Part shown: positions 21,743 through 30,381 of the stretch, piece after piece
How positions within the stretch are numbered: the first letter of the stretch is position 1
Layout of the letters: every line of letters begins with the position of its first letter
NCBI GenBank assembly: GCA_015660915.1
Contig: JACTTZ010000005.1
Location: 29,035-93,034 of the forward strand
DNA: 64,000 nt
Origin: Methanomicrobia archaeon
GTDB lineage: Archaea; Halobacteriota; Bog-38; Methanoflorentales; Methanoflorentaceae
Direction of reading: 5' to 3'
Translations under genes and position numbers: made by a program
The notes under the pieces: generated by a model
The model's database searches: none
Told to the model about the DNA's origin: nothing
What the model saw: the letters and a program-made list of their open reading frames with translations, nothing else

Positions 21743-21901
21743 AGGTTAGCGCTTACTTTGGTGGCGGACTCTGCGCGAATGTTGCGCGCGAATTAATCGC
21801 GTGCGTGGTGGAATGGTCCGCGTGAAGATAATGGTTGTGATTAGCACTTAAATGCCCCAGATACGAGGGAAACGGTTAAGACGCGTCGCTGTTACTAGAA
21901 T

Positions 21902-22108
21902 GTTGGAGCGGTTCCAGTTTATACGCGACTCGGTACCGCTCCAACTGTTGCTTTAACCTCATCATCTCGCGGCGCTCGTCGCAAAGTAGCTCGACCCTGC
22001 AGCCCCAGTATGCTACTCGCGGCAAAATTACTGGTTCCGGCGACACTTATCGACTAGGAGCTTGCGCTAGTGAGTATCAAAAAAGGACAGATTCCTGTTC
22101 TTTTTTTG
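21902..22108 (+). ncRNA. candidate structured sRNA A
   Basis: AAACGGTTAAG promoter-like element ~25 nt upstream; four consecutive hairpins; final hairpin with T-tract. Confidence 0.4.
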
Positions 22109-22184
22109 AAAATAGCTGAAGCTGAGAGGGAGCTCCATAACACACAAAATTTGTTATAAAGCCTCAAATAGCTCTTAGTCATAC

Positions 22185-22329
22185 TACATTCTGCCTCGGT
22201 CTACAATTGCTAAGGCTGTTAAACCGCTCCGGTTCATAAAAGGTCGATGCTTGGGCCAAAAGAAGTTCCTGTGCTATTTTAGGAGTGCGCGGAGCGGTCA
22301 ACAGCCTTAGTTGAATTTTGTTCTTTTTT
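22185..22329 (+). ncRNA. candidate structured sRNA B
   Basis: TTATAAA at 22154-60; ~21 bp stem (22209-31/22290-311) closing two small hairpins; T-rich end. Confidence 0.45.
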
Positions 22330-23020
22330 ACCTCCACAACGTTTTCAGCTTCGAAGTGCTCGTAGCCTCACACAGGCCTGCTGCTGTTAACGGTCTTTCT
22401 ACCATTTCTCGCAGATTGTCTGTGTAATCACCTCAGAACGCTCCTTGTCCTTCTCGATTGAAGCAACTCTCGCAGCGTTCGCAGGCTCTATGACGGTGTC
22501 TTCACGCGAAGCAAGCAACCTCTCTATGTCTTCACATCGATAGTCGAGGCATTCCTCCCAAAGTCGGTATGCACGTTTGGTTGAGGTACGAATCTACAGG
22601 CTGCGTCAAGATTCGTTGCCGTTTGCTGAGAAACTGCTTGGGGGCTGCGTTCGCCTCAAGAAAAGGAGGTGAAGCATATCGTCTGACCTTAGAGGGGCAC
22701 CAGCTGCACTAAGTAATGCGACACAACTATCTCTAAGCGTTTTTTTTTCACTGCGTAAGAATGTCGCCTAGGCGGAGCTCTCGACGGTCTAGTCGTTCCT
22801 GCGCTGATAGTGCTTAGCGATATGATCGTGGCGGCAATTGTCGTGCTCATGGGCTCCGCCGCAGGACACATGATTCCACAGCACGAGGTGCAATGTTTAG
22901 CGCAAATTGTCTGAATCGCTTTTCAGCATCATATCGATACGTTTTTATGTTTCTAATACGTCTTGGATAACGTAGAGAGTAGCGGGAGCGATCTACCTTA
23001 TAAAAAATGGATTGTAAAGC

Positions 23021-23812
23021 ATGGCGGGCATTGGCAATATCATGACACGCACCAGGCATTTAGGGTCACGCGTGGTAACCGAAAGCTGCCGTTTTCGCGA
23101 CATCTATTTTGCGACTACGGTCAGCCGCGCGATTCGTGCTAAAGAAGATGCATTAACCCTTTTATTCAAACCAAACGTTTCGAAGCGAGCTGCTAAAGGG
23201 GATATAGCAGGACTCTTAAGAGCTCTGCACTATAAACGCGATCAGCGCGTGCGTGCGGATGCAGCGAGGGCCTTAGGCGTAGCGGTCGCCCACTGCGCTG
23301 TTCCAGCGCTCAGTGAAGCGCTCAGCGACGAATACGACTACGTTCGCGTTGCTGCGGTTGAAGCGCTCGGCCAGATAGCCGATCAAGATGCAGCAACTCC
23401 TCTGATAGGCGCTCTCGAAGATGAGTGCGAAGGAGTTCGCAAGGTGGCAGCGATCGCCCTCGGCAAGGTCGGCGACCGGCAAGCGGCGCCGTTCCTCATC
23501 GAGGCGCTCTCCGATGACGAATGGATGGTTCGAAGAGCGGCAGCTGAAGCTCTTGGCGCGCTGATGGACACGAGATCGGTTCCATCGCTCATCGATGCAC
23601 TACGTGATCCGGTCTACGACGTTCGAAAAACAGCAGCCAAATCGCTTGGTGGGCTTCGCAACGAGCGAGCAATAGAACCGCTAAAAAAGTTGCTGAGCGA
23701 CAATATGCCCCCCGTTCGAACGGTAGCCGCATTGACACTGAAAAGACTCTGCGGTCTGAGGGCCAAGCAAGGACCGATCGTACAATACGGTTCGACAGTT
23801 AGACAGAGGTAG
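23021..23812 (+). CDS. HEAT/PBS-lyase repeat protein
   Basis: Repeated VRxxAAxALG...LIxALxD units; true start probably downstream. Confidence 0.85.
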   Translation: MAGIGNIMTRTRHLGSRVVTESCRFRDIYFATTVSRAIRAKEDALTLLFKPNVSKRAAKGDIAGLLRALHYKRDQRVRADAARALGVAVAHCAVPALSEALSDEYDYVRVAAVEALGQIADQDAATPLIGALEDECEGVRKVAAIALGKVGDRQAAPFLIEALSDDEWMVRRAAAEALGALMDTRSVPSLIDALRDPVYDVRKTAAKSLGGLRNERAIEPLKKLLSDNMPPVRTVAALTLKRLCGLRAKQGPIVQYGSTVRQR

Positions 23813-23837
23813 CTTTAGGCCTTCCGAGCAAAAGAAT

Positions 23838-23883
23838 GATGGGCTCGGCCGGTTCGAACCGGTGACCTGCGCCATGTCAAGGC
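23838..23883 (-). repeat. distal att site (copy of tRNA-Val 3' half)
   Basis: gatgggctcggccgg-ttcgaaccggtgacctgcgccatgtcaaggc vs tRNA copy: 4 substitutions, 1 indel. Confidence 0.9.
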
Positions 23884-24170
23884 TCCAATTTGCGTTTATT
23901 CATTATTTAGAGCTTCTAGCCGGCTCCGTTTGCGGTTACGGTGGGAGAAGACCAAAACGCGAGCGCGCTATTATACGTCGTCTTTTAAATCGTCGTAGCG
24001 GCACCGGCGAGTCGACGGAATTCACGCGGCAGCCGAATGATCGGGTAAGAGTGCGACGGCTTCGCGCTTTGAACGCTTATCGTGTGCATGCAAATCGGTT
24101 GCATACGTTCGTGAAAGTGCTGTTTGCGTATGGCGGTTCCGATTCGAGGCGAGTTACTCGATATCGGCAA
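23838..24170 (-). pseudogene. att-overlapping gene remnant (AbrB-like YPIIRLPREF motif)
   Basis: ORF 24170-23985, TAA, one frameshift near 23955, a second TAA, then ALTWRRSPVR through att. Confidence 0.5.
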
Positions 24171-24373
24171 TCGGGACTATCATTATTTTTCAGACACGAG
24201 TAACGAATGTAAAGGGGCGAATTAATTTGCCCGTAATATGACTGCTGTAGGTGCGTTAAGTCCCTCGACTGTAAACTTCGCGGCGATAATGAGCGCGTCT
24301 CTGATTGTGAGTATTTCCGACATCCGCCGCTTGCCATATTGAACGTGCGGCGGTAAAAGGCCAGGCCTAAGCG

Positions 24374-24517
24374 TTAATCGCCGGCGCAACGTTTGCGATA
24401 GCACGCGAGTAACCGCTTGATGATATCGTCAAACGTCTCGCCGCGCTTGCCGATAGCGTCTATCTGGGCTTTCGTCTCAAAGTGCACCGATATCGTCACG
24501 CGATCTTCACGTCTCAT
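24374..24517 (-). CDS. small ribbon-helix-helix-like DNA-binding protein (47 aa, absent from ORF track)
   Basis: MRREDRVTISVHFETKAQIDAIGKRGETFDDIIKRLL: beta strand plus GETFDDIIxRLL. Confidence 0.7.
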   Translation of the reverse strand: MRREDRVTISVHFETKAQIDAIGKRGETFDDIIKRLLACYRKRCAGD

Positions 24518-24523
24518 ATTTTC

Positions 24524-24886
24524 TTACGCATCAGGGCGCATAGTCTCGCGCAATCGGCCGCCGCAATCGTAATGCGATGCCGCTTCGCTCTCGGTAAGCG
24601 GCCTCACGACCTGGGATAGGTACTGGCATACTATGTCGGCGGCATCGGTCGGTATTTCAAATAAGCCGAGGTATAAATCGGTTACGCGCCAAAATTCGTC
24701 GCGATCCTTTACTAAATCGTATTCAAGCGCTTCAAGGTCAATAGAACCGAGCCGCGTTTTTTCGCGTACGCGTCCGTTTGGCGTCCGCTTCTCCACTACC
24801 GCATGTAGCGTGATCGCGCCATGTCGGACCCACCTTCGTGGGCCGTTTTCCTCCCGTACGAACCTGACGCGGTATTCGCTATCCAT
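24524..24886 (-). CDS. hypothetical protein (element cargo)
   Basis: 120 aa ORF downstream of a TATA box, 6 nt upstream of the RHH gene. Confidence 0.6.
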   Translation of the reverse strand: MDSEYRVRFVREENGPRRWVRHGAITLHAVVEKRTPNGRVREKTRLGSIDLEALEYDLVKDRDEFWRVTDLYLGLFEIPTDAADIVCQYLSQVVRPLTESEAASHYDCGGRLRETMRPDA

Positions 24887-24930
24887 GATTATCTCGTTTT
24901 CTGCCTTATTTTTCCGTATTTAGTCACGAG

Positions 24931-24982
24931 TAGTAACGGTAACATGATATATAAGCGTTACTAAGATTGTTACAATAGTAAC
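24931..24982 (-). promoter_or_regulatory. TATA promoter with GTAAC/GTTAC operator array
   Basis: CTTATATA (minus, 24948-55) flanked by TAGTAAC/GTTACTA; five GTAAC/GTTAC copies. Confidence 0.6.
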
Positions 24983-25210
24983 TATCCGCTAAAAAGGAAG
25001 CGGAAAACAATCGAAAGCGTCAAAGGCAGTATAACATATTTGAACCCCTGTTAGGCGGCAAAAATTAGGTCAGTCTCAACGAGGTTAACAAATAATCTCA
25101 GATTCCTGCTATTTTAGAACTTAAGCAAAATGCCCCAATCCCGCTATTTTGGTGATGTCATCTTATCAGGGCCGAATGCGAAGGCGAGATAATCTTAAGA
25201 GGCCAGCAGA

Positions 25211-25777
25211 TTAACTCACGTTATAACGATGATGGACTGCCGACGGTGCGAAAAGTATAACGACTGCAAGCTGCGTGGTGAGAGGGATCACGTGCCTTAT
25301 TGCGATCAGTACAGACGTCCGCGCCCTTTCATGTACACGACATAGAGGGAAGCCGTACTGTTCTTTACCCTTGCTCGTATACCTTGCTAACGTTGTGACG
25401 CGCAGTTCTTGCAAAGTTGTTTGCGATATCTCACCGTGGGTACTTCGCCATAATGTGCTCGCGGATCGAATAATCCAGTCGTGTGACGTTTCCGCGAGTC
25501 CGGTCAGCCGAGCGTCGGCATAGCTACAAAGTTCGTCCCTCGTAAACCTCAAAAACGAGCGTGCTGAGCGTTTGCGTGCTATTTTGGGCGTCTAACTGAC
25601 CGACATTAAGCGATTGTTTGTAGTCCTACGCTTATCGGTATTAGTCGCGATATCGCTGGTCGCTATGAGTTGTGTACTAGTAGACAACTATATCAAAGAA
25701 CGCTGCGACTTTCGTTCGTCGAAAAAAGACGAGATACAGATGGGCTCGGCCGGATTCGGACCGGCGATCTCCGCCAT
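25211..25777 (-). pseudogene. integrase-like remnant starting inside the tRNA
   Basis: ATG at 25777 (MAEIAGPNPAEPI) is in frame with ORF 25552 across two TAG stops; no tyrosine-recombinase catalytic domain visible. Confidence 0.55.
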
Positions 25778-25814
25778 GTCAAGGCGACGTCATAACCAGC
25801 TAGACCACGAGCCC
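25741..25814 (-). tRNA. tRNA-Val(GAC)
   Basis: GGGCTCG...TCGCC TTGACAT GGCGG...GCCGG TCCGAAT CCGGC CGAGCCC A cloverleaf; TATA-like element ~30 nt upstream. Confidence 0.93.
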
Positions 25815-26137
25815 TAACGCAGTGCTATCTGATCGCTCTCTAATAAACCTATTGTCAAGCCAAAACAGCTGATTTTCTTAACTAAAATCAACACGCAGCA
25901 GATGCCAACCCAAGCTTACGTCAATCTTTGCGCGACGATGTAGATGCTACTCGATAAGCGGTTCCACAGGCAGCGCGAGTCTTTGCTTAAGCGCTACATT
26001 GCGCCTACTGGCGCATTCACCTACGTTCGCACAAACACGCAACCAAAATGTATAAAACGGTTAATGCGCTTTATAGACAGCAGCAAATTGGCTTCTTACA
26101 GCGCGAATGCAAACAGCGGCACGCAGAGAAGGTATCA

Positions 26138-27073
26138 ATGATGGAATCGATAGTAATTGAGCACTTGTCGAAAAAGTATGGACAGTTCGTTGCGGTAAAC
26201 GACCTCAATTTGACCGTCGAACAGGGCGTTTGTGTGGGATATCTCGGTCCTAACGGAGCGGGCAAAACGACCACTATAAAGGTGCTGACAAACCTGCTTA
26301 GAGCCACGAACGGCAAGGCCTACCTCAACGGCATTGACGTCATCCACCATCCCAAAGCCGCACTCGAGGGAGTGGGCGCGGTCGTGGAAACACCCGAGTT
26401 TTACCCACAACTGACGCCTGACGAATGCTTATCATACGTCGGAACGATCCGCGGCATGAGCGGCGAAGCGATTGCTGAGCGCTCGCACGCTGTTCTAGAG
26501 CAGGTCAAGCTCCTCGAAGTGGCTGATAAGCGAACGGGTCAATTCTCAAAAGGGATGAAGCAAAGATTAGCAATTGCTCAAGCGCTCTTGCACGAGCCAT
26601 CCATACTGATCCTCGACGAGCCTACGTCAGGCCTCGATCCGCGCGGCATGGTCGAAGTGCGTGATATTATCAAAGGACTAATAAAGACAGATATCACGAT
26701 ATTGATGAGTTCGCACCTATTATACGAGGTACAAGAGGTATGCGACAAAGTCGCGATCATCGATCGAGGCGTGCTCTTGACGTATGACTCCGTGAAGAAC
26801 CTTTCAGCGGGTCAAGATGTAACGGTGACAATCACCACGCTCGACCCAATCACGCGGCCTGAGTTCGAAGCGATAAAAGCGCTCAAGGACGTGACGTCCG
26901 TAAAACGAACAGAAACGCTCGCGCTCAAGCTCAGCTTCAGTGGTGGCCCCGAAACACAGTTCCACGTGCTCCGCGGGATTCTGAACACGGGCGTCAAAGT
27001 CGTTTCGTATATGCCGCAGCGCGCGGCGATAGAAGACGTTTATCTGCAGCTGGTGCCCGAGGGGGAGGCGTAA
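26138..27073 (+). CDS. ABC-2 type transporter ATP-binding protein
   Basis: GPNGAGKTT, FSKGMKQR, ILDEPTSGLD, SSH. Confidence 0.93.
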   Translation: MMESIVIEHLSKKYGQFVAVNDLNLTVEQGVCVGYLGPNGAGKTTTIKVLTNLLRATNGKAYLNGIDVIHHPKAALEGVGAVVETPEFYPQLTPDECLSYVGTIRGMSGEAIAERSHAVLEQVKLLEVADKRTGQFSKGMKQRLAIAQALLHEPSILILDEPTSGLDPRGMVEVRDIIKGLIKTDITILMSSHLLYEVQEVCDKVAIIDRGVLLTYDSVKNLSAGQDVTVTITTLDPITRPEFEAIKALKDVTSVKRTETLALKLSFSGGPETQFHVLRGILNTGVKVVSYMPQRAAIEDVYLQLVPEGEA

Positions 27074-27075
27074 CG

Positions 27076-27903
27076 ATGGCACCGAACAGCGTGCGGCAGA
27101 TCGCGACTGTGATAAAATACGAGCTCTTGAAATACCTCCGCGGGCGGCGGTTGCTCGCCATTGTTCTGCTTACCATTATTATTAGCGCCATTTTTCTCAT
27201 CGTCCCTCCCGCAATCGGCACTGCTTATCCCAAAGACCCAACGGATTTCATTACGCGCGTACTCTCGTTTCTGGGCGTCCTTTCCATACTAAGCGCCACA
27301 TTTTTTGGTGCTGACGCGATCGTGTCGGAGTATGAATCGAAGACGGGGTACTTTCTGTTTCCCAATCCGATTAGGAAAACGGCGATATTTGTCGGCAAGT
27401 TTATCGCAAGCGCGCTCGTTTCAGTAGGCGCGATCGGGCTCTACTACGTGATAGCGGTAGTTTCGGTGCGGGTGATCGATGGCAGCATACCCGCGAATAC
27501 GGGCCTTTCGTTTGCCTATTCGCTGATATACCTGTTCGCCATCCTCGCGATCGCCTACCTGTTCAGCGCGATAATGCGCAGTTCGGTGTACTCGCTCGTC
27601 CTGACGTTCTTCACCTTCTTCCTGATCCTACCGATTATCGACGCCGTAGGATCAGTAGCGAAGTTCAAACCGTGGTTCTCCGTCACCTTCGCGAACGGGA
27701 TTTCACAGTACATATTCCAGAACCCCTACCCAGCCGATAAAGTGTTCACGACGACTGCCGCTGGAGGACCAAGCGCCGGCGTGCAAACGTATTCGCTAGT
27801 GCAGTACTATCCCGAGATTCGATTGAGCGTGATCGTGATGGCGGCATACTTTGTCGTTGCATTCGTGTTGAGCATTATCTTAGCCCGACGAAGGGAGATG
27901 TAG
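27076..27903 (+). CDS. ABC-2 type transporter permease
   Basis: About six TM helices; DAIVSEYESKT...PIRK...GKF. Confidence 0.88.
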   Translation: MAPNSVRQIATVIKYELLKYLRGRRLLAIVLLTIIISAIFLIVPPAIGTAYPKDPTDFITRVLSFLGVLSILSATFFGADAIVSEYESKTGYFLFPNPIRKTAIFVGKFIASALVSVGAIGLYYVIAVVSVRVIDGSIPANTGLSFAYSLIYLFAILAIAYLFSAIMRSSVYSLVLTFFTFFLILPIIDAVGSVAKFKPWFSVTFANGISQYIFQNPYPADKVFTTTAAGGPSAGVQTYSLVQYYPEIRLSVIVMAAYFVVAFVLSIILARRREM

Positions 27904-27926
27904 ATAAACTGAGAGGAGGCAAGAAC

Positions 27927-28163
27927 GTGGCGAAAAAGTTCCTGGTACAGAAAAAAACAGGCCTCGACGTGCGAGAATATAGGTGCAAACCTAAAAACGC
28001 TATAGCCGCGGTTATGAGTGAAACGGACCTCGCAGACGGAGTAATCTTCCGAACCGAAGACGAAAAATTCGTGGTCGTTTCAGAAGGGGCAGCTGCTGTG
28101 TATGACACCTATGACGATCTGCCCACGAACGTAAAGCAACAAAAAGCTGAATCGGATCTCTAA
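27927..28163 (+). CDS. hypothetical protein
   Basis: GAGGAGG RBS before GTG; 78 aa. Confidence 0.55.
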   Translation: MAKKFLVQKKTGLDVREYRCKPKNAIAAVMSETDLADGVIFRTEDEKFVVVSEGAAAVYDTYDDLPTNVKQQKAESDL

Positions 28164-28187
28164 AGGACAAACACCCGCTCAATCGGA

Positions 28188-29144
28188 TCAGCGATTCGTC
28201 CAATCCTGCAACGTCGTAGTACCTGGGCTTTTCGATTTTTCCTCTGCGTCGCCCCCAGATTGCGAAATTCCGAGAAGCTGCCTGAGCATAAGCGCATTAC
28301 GTGGCGCGTTGCCGCGCGGATGGTTGTTAAAATAGACCCAGACCGGCTTTGTGCTACCTAGATCAGCTTGCATCTTTGTTATGCGTTCTTTCCACGGCAC
28401 AAGCTCCTCCTCGGTATAGGTGTAATCGTAACGTGTCGACCGCTCGGGGTCCTCGCTTTTGTGTTTTTTGAACCACTCTTCCGTGTTTCTGCCGTGCAAT
28501 CGCACGTATGCACCTGTTCTTTTTGCCGAGTCCGTTATGACCGTGGGAAACGATGGTCCATCTACGACGCATAACCCAACGTTGTTGCGGTCAAGCATCT
28601 CCTTCGTTGCAGGCTCCAAATCTTGCCGAGTCACATCAAGCCACGAGATGTGTCGAAACTCCACGAAATAGGAATATTCGTCCGTGTTGAGCCTGCTGAG
28701 GAACGCATCAAGCTTTTCCAAGTTGTCGGTCCTATATCCGTGCTCAATACGTTTGACATAGGGGGTCAGTTGGACAAGAATGGCACCAAGCAGCTCATTT
28801 TGTTGAATTGGGGATATGACGTTGTTTTCAAATTCGGAGGCCATGGCGTCAAGCTCGTTGATTTCATAAAATCGCGGGAACTTGAGCGAGTACTCGAACC
28901 CTTCGTGCTTCAGGCCCTTCTCGATCCAGATATCGGTAAGCCTCTGGTTGGGGATGTTATAGTACGTGCTGTTTATTTCGACCGTTTGAAAGAGGGTAGC
29001 ATAGTAATCAAGCCATTTTGGTTTTTCGTCGCTCGGATAGAACGGACCTACCCAGTCGTCATAGCTCCATCCGCTCGTCCCAACCTTGACCTGGTTACGC
29101 AAGTGACTGGCGCGTGTGAACGCGTGCATGCACAGCTCCTGCAA
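28188..29144 (-). CDS. DUF72 family protein
   Basis: VGTSGWSYDDWVGPFYP, VEINSTYY, VEFRH, YVRLHGRN, YFNNH. Confidence 0.92.
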   Translation of the reverse strand: MQELCMHAFTRASHLRNQVKVGTSGWSYDDWVGPFYPSDEKPKWLDYYATLFQTVEINSTYYNIPNQRLTDIWIEKGLKHEGFEYSLKFPRFYEINELDAMASEFENNVISPIQQNELLGAILVQLTPYVKRIEHGYRTDNLEKLDAFLSRLNTDEYSYFVEFRHISWLDVTRQDLEPATKEMLDRNNVGLCVVDGPSFPTVITDSAKRTGAYVRLHGRNTEEWFKKHKSEDPERSTRYDYTYTEEELVPWKERITKMQADLGSTKPVWVYFNNHPRGNAPRNALMLRQLLGISQSGGDAEEKSKSPGTTTLQDWTNR

Positions 29145-29394
29145 CGATGGTGCAACACCAACTCACTATCAACAATTCACGCATACATTTATGAAGTCTG
29201 CGGCGGAAAAGCGCAGTACGAGCCTCACCTCGTCAGCTACTAAAGCGCCAAAAGGCCTGCTTGCCACGAAGACTATGGCATTTCGCACTTTGCCTGCCCT
29301 ATCTGTGTGACGCTGCGTACGAGAGAACGACGCGAGCAGACGCCCGCCGCCCGCTTCATAACTCTTAAATAGCAGCCAAATCAAAGGTTAGACT

Positions 29395-29643
29395 GTGAAG
29401 GTGAAGGCTTATACGCTTAGCACGTGTCCACACTGTCGCATGACAAAGGAGTTTCTTTCGGGCAACAACGTTGATTTTGAGTATGTTGATGTCGACTTGT
29501 TGACTGGTGACAAACGGACGGAAGTTCTCCGCGAGGTTTATCGACTCACCGGAGGGTATTCGTTTCCCGTCATCGTGATAGGTGACACCGTAATCGTCGG
29601 GTTCAACAAAGAGCGGCTGCAAAAAGTGTTGGAGCTTACGTAA
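29395..29643 (+). CDS. glutaredoxin/NrdH-like redoxin
   Basis: LSTCPHC, SFPVIVIG, VGF. Confidence 0.88.
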   Translation: MKVKAYTLSTCPHCRMTKEFLSGNNVDFEYVDVDLLTGDKRTEVLREVYRLTGGYSFPVIVIGDTVIVGFNKERLQKVLELT

Positions 29644-29831
29644 GCACTGCTCAAAGCAGTTACGTGAGCAGAAGCGGACTACGAACGTGTGCTCAGCATC
29701 ACGAATTAGATGCGGCACGCTAGGAACTTGCTCGTTCCTTAAGACGCGCAGAATAACGCTCTGACAATCGCAACTTTGGTTGACAGACGGACCAACATGG
29801 TTGCTCAAGGTAGTTTTGCAAAGGAGGAGAA

Positions 29832-30143
29832 GTGGCAGGCTGTATAGAACAGATGGATTATGAGATCTTGCTCAAGAACGCCACTTTCAAACAGACGTTG
29901 CACTACATCAGTGAGCACGCCAACAAAGTGTATTACGTCGGACCCGGATTCAAGGTCTTTGACCGACGGCTAATTGGGCTTCCGCCTGTGCCGATCGGAA
30001 TTGGTCCCTCGTACATCATGCTTACCTACGTGAAGCCGTGCCACGGATCCTTCGTACTGAAGCTGCCCCGCGACGAAAAAGAAGTGGCTAGGATCGTAGC
30101 TGAGGACAAGAAGTACAAAGACAAACGCAAGAGCGTGGGTTAA
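29832..30143 (+). CDS. DUF1894 family protein
   Basis: GCIEQMDYEILL, PGFKVF, GLPPVPIG, YVKPCHG. Confidence 0.75.
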   Translation: MAGCIEQMDYEILLKNATFKQTLHYISEHANKVYYVGPGFKVFDRRLIGLPPVPIGIGPSYIMLTYVKPCHGSFVLKLPRDEKEVARIVAEDKKYKDKRKSVG

Positions 30144-30250
30144 CGCATCCGCATCTGCAACTTCTGCAAGTTTGTCTCTAACCAGCTTTGTTATGCTGCC
30201 TACTTAGGCGATATTCTCCTGCAGAAGCTTATAAAGCATTACGTCTTTTT

Positions 30251-30381
30251 TGTAGCGGCCGTCCAATAACCCTCTTAAATGCGAGAAGCCTGTGGAACCC
30301 GTCCTGGGTCGCAAGCTATCAGAGCCCTGTAGGCATTTTACGCTAGCGCATTTTTATAAAAAAGGTTCGTCTGACCCTACA
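30251..30381. ncRNA. candidate structured RNA (long stem plus 3-way junction)
   Basis: Five nested complementary segments and two terminal hairpins; TATA-like elements on both flanks. Confidence 0.35.

Larger units (their letters stand above)
23838..25785 (-). mobile_element. degraded integrative element inserted in tRNA-Val(GAC)
   Basis: Direct repeat of the tRNA 3' half at 23838-83 and 25739-85, enclosing small ORFs and an integrase-like remnant. Confidence 0.8.

Noticed and set aside
21900-21966. C/D box sRNA on the minus strand (ATGATGA), or an 18-aa ORF MLERFQFIRDSVPLQLLL on the plus strand
   Set aside because: No suitably placed CTGA D box; the peptide has no support, although leaderless translation cannot be excluded
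22399-22915. Start-less protein-like frames (RLWEECLDYRC... on minus; GALDGLVVPALIV... on plus)
   Set aside because: No start codons or family motifs; at most decayed fragments
25592-25690. Two in-frame TAG codons in the integrase-like ORF as pyrrolysine read-through
   Set aside because: No pyl genes in the window, many host genes here end in TAG, and the element has other lesions; pseudogenisation is simpler
30290-30335. Hammerhead ribozyme (CTGATAG in a 3-way junction, minus strand)
   Set aside because: Core needs CUGANGA and GAAA, which are absent
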